Below are positions 27,665 to 32,000 of a stretch of DNA of 32,000 nucleotides, piece after piece (position 1 is the first letter of the stretch; the number at the start of each line of letters is the position of its first letter). The DNA comes from Serratia odorifera (GTDB taxonomy: Bacteria > Pseudomonadota > Gammaproteobacteria > Enterobacterales > Enterobacteriaceae), in NCBI RefSeq assembly GCF_900635445.1, contig NZ_LR134117.1:2443311-2475310 (forward strand). Reading direction: 5' to 3'. The notes under the pieces are model-generated. The model was given only the letters and a program-made list of their open reading frames with translations. It was not told where the DNA came from and ran no database searches. The position numbers and the translations under genes were made by a program.

Positions 27665-28681
27665 ATGACCATCCGCATAGCGATAAACGGCTTTGGCCGT
27701 ATTGGCCGCAGCGTTTTACGCGCACTGTATGAATCGGGGCGACGAGCAGAAATCACCGTGGTGGCAATCAACGAGCTGGCGAATGCCGAAGGCATGGCGC
27801 ACCTGTTGAAATACGACTCCAGCCATGGGCGCTTTGCCTGGGACGTTCGCCAGGAGTGCGATGTGCTGAGCGTGGGCGACGATAGTATTCGTCTGCTGCA
27901 CCAGCCGGCGGTAGAGCGTTTGCCGTGGGGGGAGCTGGGGGTAGACGTGGTGCTCGACTGCAGCGGGGTTTACGGCAGTCGGGCGGATGGCGAGGCGCAT
28001 CTGGCCGCCGGAGCAAAGAAAGTTCTGTTTGCGCACCCGGGCGGCAACGATCTGGACGCTACCGTGGTATTTGGTGTCAATCACCAGACGCTGCAGGCGG
28101 ATCATCGCATCGTGTCCAACGCCTCCTGCACCACCAATTGCATTATTCCGGTCATCAAGCTGCTGGACGATGCCTACAGCATCGAATCCGGCACCGTGAC
28201 CACCATCCACTCCTCGATGAACGATCAGCCAGTGATAGACGCCTATCACGCAGATTTGCGCCGTACCCGTGCGGCAAGCCAGTCGATTATTCCGGTCGAT
28301 ACCAAGCTGGCCGCAGGGATTACCCGCATCTTTCCGCAGTTTTGCGATCGTTTTGAAGCGATCTCGGTGCGCGTACCGACCATCAACGTTACCGCCATCG
28401 ATCTCAGCGTCAGCGTCAGCGCGGCGGTGAAGGTGGCAGAGGTCAACCAGTTGTTGCAAAAGGCCGCACAGGGATCATTTCGTGGTATAGTTGACTATAC
28501 AGAACTACCATTAGTCTCGATTGATTTTAACCATGACCCGCACAGCGCCATCGTCGATGGTACCCAGACGCGGGTCAGCGGTCAGCACCTGATCAAGACC
28601 TTGGTCTGGTGCGACAATGAATGGGGCTTTGCCAACCGGATGTTGGATACAACACGGGCAATGGCCGCAAGCGGTTTCTAG
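27665..28681 (+). CDS. epd: D-erythrose-4-phosphate dehydrogenase
   Basis: From ATG 27665 (RBS agggag): [39 protein letters not shown]...[19 protein letters not shown]...[15 protein letters not shown] is collinear with E. coli Epd. The upstream extension of the track ORF is non-coding. Confidence 0.95.
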   Translation: MTIRIAINGFGRIGRSVLRALYESGRRAEITVVAINELANAEGMAHLLKYDSSHGRFAWDVRQECDVLSVGDDSIRLLHQPAVERLPWGELGVDVVLDCSGVYGSRADGEAHLAAGAKKVLFAHPGGNDLDATVVFGVNHQTLQADHRIVSNASCTTNCIIPVIKLLDDAYSIESGTVTTIHSSMNDQPVIDAYHADLRRTRAASQSIIPVDTKLAAGITRIFPQFCDRFEAISVRVPTINVTAIDLSVSVSAAVKVAEVNQLLQKAAQGSFRGIVDYTELPLVSIDFNHDPHSAIVDGTQTRVSGQHLIKTLVWCDNEWGFANRMLDTTRAMAASGF

Positions 28682-28755
28682 TACGGCGGCATCCGCGACG
28701 ATGCGCCACTCAGGCAACTTTATAGCTTATAGAGAATCAACCAAGAGGGTTCACC

Positions 28756-29919
28756 ATGTCTGTAATCAAGATGTCCGATCTGGATCTGGCGGGAAAACGC
28801 GTTCTGATTCGTTCCGATCTGAACGTACCGGTAAAAGACGGCAAAGTGACTTCCGATGCGCGTATCCGCGCTTCCCTGCCGACTATCGAAGCTGCGCTGA
28901 AGCAAGGCGCCCGCGTTATGGTGACCTCCCACCTGGGCCGTCCGACCGAAGGCGAGTACAACGAAGAGTTCTCGCTGCTGCCGGTGGTTAACTACCTGAA
29001 AGACCATCTGAAAAACCCGGTACGTCTGGCAAAGGACTACCTGGATGGCGTTGACGTGGCCGAAGGCGAGCTGGTAGTGCTGGAAAACGTGCGCTTCAAC
29101 AAGGGCGAGAAAAAAGACGACGAAACCCTGTCCAAGAAATATGCGGCACTGTGCGACGTGTATGTGATGGACGCGTTCGGTACCGCACACCGTGCGCAGG
29201 CCTCTACCCACGGCGTGGGCAAGTTCGCACCGGTAGCCTGTGCTGGTCCGTTGCTGTCTGGCGAACTGGAAGCCCTGGGCAAAGCGCTGAAAGAACCTGC
29301 GCGCCCAATGGTTGCCATCGTCGGCGGCTCTAAAGTGTCGACCAAACTGACCGTGCTGGACTCCCTGTCCAAAATCGCCGACCAGCTGATCGTCGGCGGC
29401 GGCATTGCCAACACCTTCGTTGCCGCGCAAGGCAACAATGTCGGTCAGTCACTGTATGAACCTGATTTGATCCCGAACGCCAAAAAGCTGCTGGAAACCT
29501 GCGACATTCCGGTGCCAACCGATGTGCGCGTAGCCACCGAGTTTTCCGAAACTGCCGCAGCAACGGTAAAACAGGCGAACGAAATCCAGGACAGCGAGCA
29601 GATTCTGGATATGGGCGACGTCTCAGCCGAGCGTTTGGCCGTTATCCTGAAGAACGCCAAAACCATTCTGTGGAATGGTCCGGTTGGCGTATTCGAGTTC
29701 CCTAACTTCCGTAAGGGCACCGAAATCGTTGCACGCGCCATTGCAGAAAGCGATGCTTTCTCGATTGCGGGCGGCGGCGACACTCTGGCAGCGATCGACA
29801 TGTTCGGTATTGCTGACAAGATCTCCTACATCTCCACCGGCGGCGGTGCGTTCCTGGAATTCGTTGAAGGGAAACAGCTGCCTGCAGTGGTGATGCTGGA
29901 ACAACGCGCTAAGCAGTAA
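28756..29919 (+). CDS. pgk: Phosphoglycerate kinase
   Basis: [45 protein letters not shown]...[28 protein letters not shown], 387 aa, collinear with E. coli Pgk. Confidence 0.97.
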   Translation: MSVIKMSDLDLAGKRVLIRSDLNVPVKDGKVTSDARIRASLPTIEAALKQGARVMVTSHLGRPTEGEYNEEFSLLPVVNYLKDHLKNPVRLAKDYLDGVDVAEGELVVLENVRFNKGEKKDDETLSKKYAALCDVYVMDAFGTAHRAQASTHGVGKFAPVACAGPLLSGELEALGKALKEPARPMVAIVGGSKVSTKLTVLDSLSKIADQLIVGGGIANTFVAAQGNNVGQSLYEPDLIPNAKKLLETCDIPVPTDVRVATEFSETAAATVKQANEIQDSEQILDMGDVSAERLAVILKNAKTILWNGPVGVFEFPNFRKGTEIVARAIAESDAFSIAGGGDTLAAIDMFGIADKISYISTGGGAFLEFVEGKQLPAVVMLEQRAKQ

Positions 29920-29926
29920 TTCTGAC

Positions 29927-29956
29927 AACGGGAGGCGAAAGCCGCCCGTTTGTTTT
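29927..29956 (+). terminator. Terminator/attenuator hairpin after pgk
   Basis: aacgggaggc-gaaa-gccgcccgtt is a 10-bp stem with 1 mismatch, followed by tgtttt. Confidence 0.5.
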
Positions 29957-30159
29957 ATACCGCTCTGCTACGGTAGTGCGGTATGAAAAATCGATTTACC
30001 ACCATCTCTACCCAACGGATTTCGAGATGTGGCTGGCGGCGAAAGAACGACCTCTCGCCAGCCGGCACTGCCGGACAGGCGAGGCAGGTACGGGATGCCA
30101 ACGCCGCTACGTCTTGAACGATGAAGGGTATAACGGCCGACGAAACAGGACAAAGTAAC

Positions 30160-31239
30160 ATGTCTAAAATTTTTGATTTCGTAAAACCGGGTGTCATCAC
30201 GGGTGATGACGTTCAGAAAGTATTCGCAGTAGCCAAAGAGAACAACTTTGCGCTGCCAGCTGTCAACTGTGTGGGTACCGACTCCATCAACGCGGTGCTT
30301 GAAGCTGCGGCGAAAGTGCGTTCACCTGTCATCGTTCAGTTCTCCAACGGCGGCGCCGCGTTCATCGCTGGCAAAGGCGTGAAAACTGACGTGCCACAGG
30401 GCGCAGCGATTCTGGGCGCAATCTCCGGTGCGCATCACGTTCATCAGATGGCTGAACACTACGGCGTGCCGGTTATCCTGCATACCGACCACTGTGCGAA
30501 GAAACTGCTGCCATGGATCGACGGCCTGCTGGATGCCGGCGAGAAGCACTTTGCCGCGACCGGTAAACCGCTGTTCTCTTCCCACATGATCGACCTGTCT
30601 GAAGAGTCGCTGGAAGAAAACATCGAAATCTGCAGCAAGTACCTGGCACGCATGGCGAAGCTGGGCATGACGCTGGAAATCGAACTGGGTTGTACCGGCG
30701 GCGAAGAAGACGGCGTGGACAACAGCCACATGGACGCTTCTGCGCTGTATACCCAACCGGAAGACGTGGCTTACGCGTACGAAAAACTCAACGCCATCAG
30801 CCCGCGCTTCACCATCGCTGCCTCCTTCGGCAACGTACATGGCGTGTACAAGCCAGGCAACGTCAAGCTGACGCCAACCATTCTGCGTGATTCTCAGGAC
30901 TACGTGTCCAAGAAATACAACCTGCCGCACAACAGCCTGAACTTCGTGTTCCACGGCGGTTCCGGTTCAAGCGATGCAGAGATCAAAGAGTCCGTCAGCT
31001 ACGGCGTGATCAAAATGAACATCGATACCGATACCCAATGGGCGACCTGGGACGGCATCCTGCAATATTACAAACAAAACGAAGGTTATCTGCAAAGCCA
31101 ATTGGGTAACCCGAAAGGCGCCGATCAGCCGAACAAGAAATACTACGATCCACGTGTCTGGCTGCGCGCTGCGCAAACCAGCATGGTGACTCGTCTGGAG
31201 CAGGCATTCAAAGATCTGAACGCCATCGACGTTCTGTAA
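30160..31239 (+). CDS. fbaA: Class II fructose-1,6-bisphosphate aldolase
   Basis: From ATG 30160: MSKIFDFVKPGVITGDDVQKVFAVAKENNFALPAVNCVGTDSINAVLE...FKDLNAIDVL*, 359 aa, collinear with E. coli FbaA. Confidence 0.97.
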   Translation: MSKIFDFVKPGVITGDDVQKVFAVAKENNFALPAVNCVGTDSINAVLEAAAKVRSPVIVQFSNGGAAFIAGKGVKTDVPQGAAILGAISGAHHVHQMAEHYGVPVILHTDHCAKKLLPWIDGLLDAGEKHFAATGKPLFSSHMIDLSEESLEENIEICSKYLARMAKLGMTLEIELGCTGGEEDGVDNSHMDASALYTQPEDVAYAYEKLNAISPRFTIAASFGNVHGVYKPGNVKLTPTILRDSQDYVSKKYNLPHNSLNFVFHGGSGSSDAEIKESVSYGVIKMNIDTDTQWATWDGILQYYKQNEGYLQSQLGNPKGADQPNKKYYDPRVWLRAAQTSMVTRLEQAFKDLNAIDVL

Positions 31240-31281
31240 TCCGTTTGCCCGGTGTGCTATGTCGCACCGTTCGCTCGACGC

Positions 31282-31314
31282 ACAAAGGCTCCCTTCGGGG
31301 AGCCTTTGTTTTTT
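31282..31314 (+). terminator. Rho-independent terminator after fbaA
   Basis: acaaaggctccc-ttcg-gggagcctttgt is a perfect 12-bp stem with a tetraloop, followed by T6. Confidence 0.8.
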
Positions 31315-31464
31315 GGCGCGGTTTTGATGTTGCCCGCGATGTTTTTTTGCCAAAATTGGCATCGCACAACATTGTTGGTTACCCTTATGCGGGTGGTTTG
31401 CGCATCGGATAGACCGATGCTGTTGCTATTTCTCCCTCGGGGAGCTTTAAAGTAGGACGTTAGA

Positions 31465-32000
31465 ATGGAAGATCTCAACGTAGTAAACGGCATTAACAGT
31501 GCCAGTAACTGGCTGGTGAAAAACCAGGATTTATTGATTCAGTATGCGGTAAACGTGGTCGCGGCAATCGCCATCTTGATCGTGGGGTCGATTATTGCCC
31601 GCATGGTCGGTAATGCGCTGAACCGGGTGATGAAACTGCGTGGTATTGATGCCACGGTTGCCGATTTCCTGTCCGCGATGGCGCGTTACAGCATCCTGGC
31701 GTTCACCTTTATTGCCGTATTGGGCCGGGTAGGCGTGCAGACGACCTCGGTTATCGCGGTGCTCGGTGCCGCCGGTCTGGCGGTTGGCCTGGCGTTGCAG
31801 GGTTCGCTGTCCAACTTTGCCGCCGGCGTGCTGCTGGTGGCCTTCCGTCCGATCCGTGCCGGTGAGTACGTCGATCTGGGCGGTATTGCCGGCACCGTCG
31901 ATCAGGTGCAGATTTTTTCCACTACCATGCGCACCCCAGATAACAAAACCATCGTGGTGCCGAACGGTAAAATCATCGCCGGCAATATCATCAACTATTC
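31465..32000 (+). CDS. mscS: Small-conductance mechanosensitive channel, N-terminal ~178 codons (runs off window end)
   Basis: ATG 31465: [41 protein letters not shown]...[45 protein letters not shown]... is collinear with E. coli MscS. It is not in the track because there is no in-window stop. Confidence 0.9.
   Translation, partial: MEDLNVVNGINSASNWLVKNQDLLIQYAVNVVAAIAILIVGSIIARMVGNALNRVMKLRGIDATVADFLSAMARYSILAFTFIAVLGRVGVQTTSVIAVLGAAGLAVGLALQGSLSNFAAGVLLVAFRPIRAGEYVDLGGIAGTVDQVQIFSTTMRTPDNKTIVVPNGKIIAGNIINY

Noticed and set aside
31289-31446. Two copies of a ctccc-tcg-gggag-type hairpin (in the fbaA terminator and again at ~31433-31446), considered as a repeat family.
   Set aside because: The second copy is only a 5-bp stem. 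The similarity is too short to distinguish from chance.
1-32000. Search for CRISPR arrays, IS or transposase genes, integrases, tRNA or rRNA genes, and known defence-system genes.
   Set aside because: I found no direct-repeat/spacer periodicity, no transposase- or integrase-like ORFs, and no tRNA-like T-arm motif that I noticed. All large ORFs are accounted for by metabolic or housekeeping functions.

Overview
This is an enterobacterial chromosomal window. It looks Serratia-like from gene order shared with E. coli (metK-speA-speB ... loiP-tktA ... epd-pgk-fbaA-mscS) and GC-rich coding DNA, but that taxon is an inference. Core genes are metK (partial, -), a yqgB-like small ORF, speA, speB, rluF, loiP, tktA, dmlA with a divergent LysR regulator, an ABM-domain protein, epd-pgk-fbaA and mscS (partial). 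There are two accessory insertions. (1) A ~1.4 kb AT-rich islet sits between speA and speB. It carries a minus-strand cassette: a 72-aa 2-TM protein, a 114-aa Gly-rich peptide with a textbook double-glycine leader (MRELTTKEILTISGG), a GC hairpin, and a 65-aa 2-TM protein. I read this as a candidate undescribed class II microcin/immunity locus; no cognate exporter is in the window. (2) A ~13 kb, 14-gene same-strand catabolic cluster of unassigned substrate. It encodes a three-component Rieske oxygenase, an extradiol dioxygenase, an alpha/beta hydrolase, two SDRs, a cupin, IclR, MFS, an aspartate-dehydrogenase-family protein, an aldehyde dehydrogenase and a ThDP enzyme. Eleven genes need 35 single-nucleotide indels repaired (31 insertions and 4 deletions, as far as I could place them each changing the length of an existing base run). 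Twenty-two of them are packed into loiP-tktA-dmlA. The repaired proteins are collinear with well-conserved homologues, so I interpret the indels as probable assembly or basecalling artefacts, while labelling the genes pseudogene-like. I saw no rRNA, tRNA, CRISPR, IS or phage genes.
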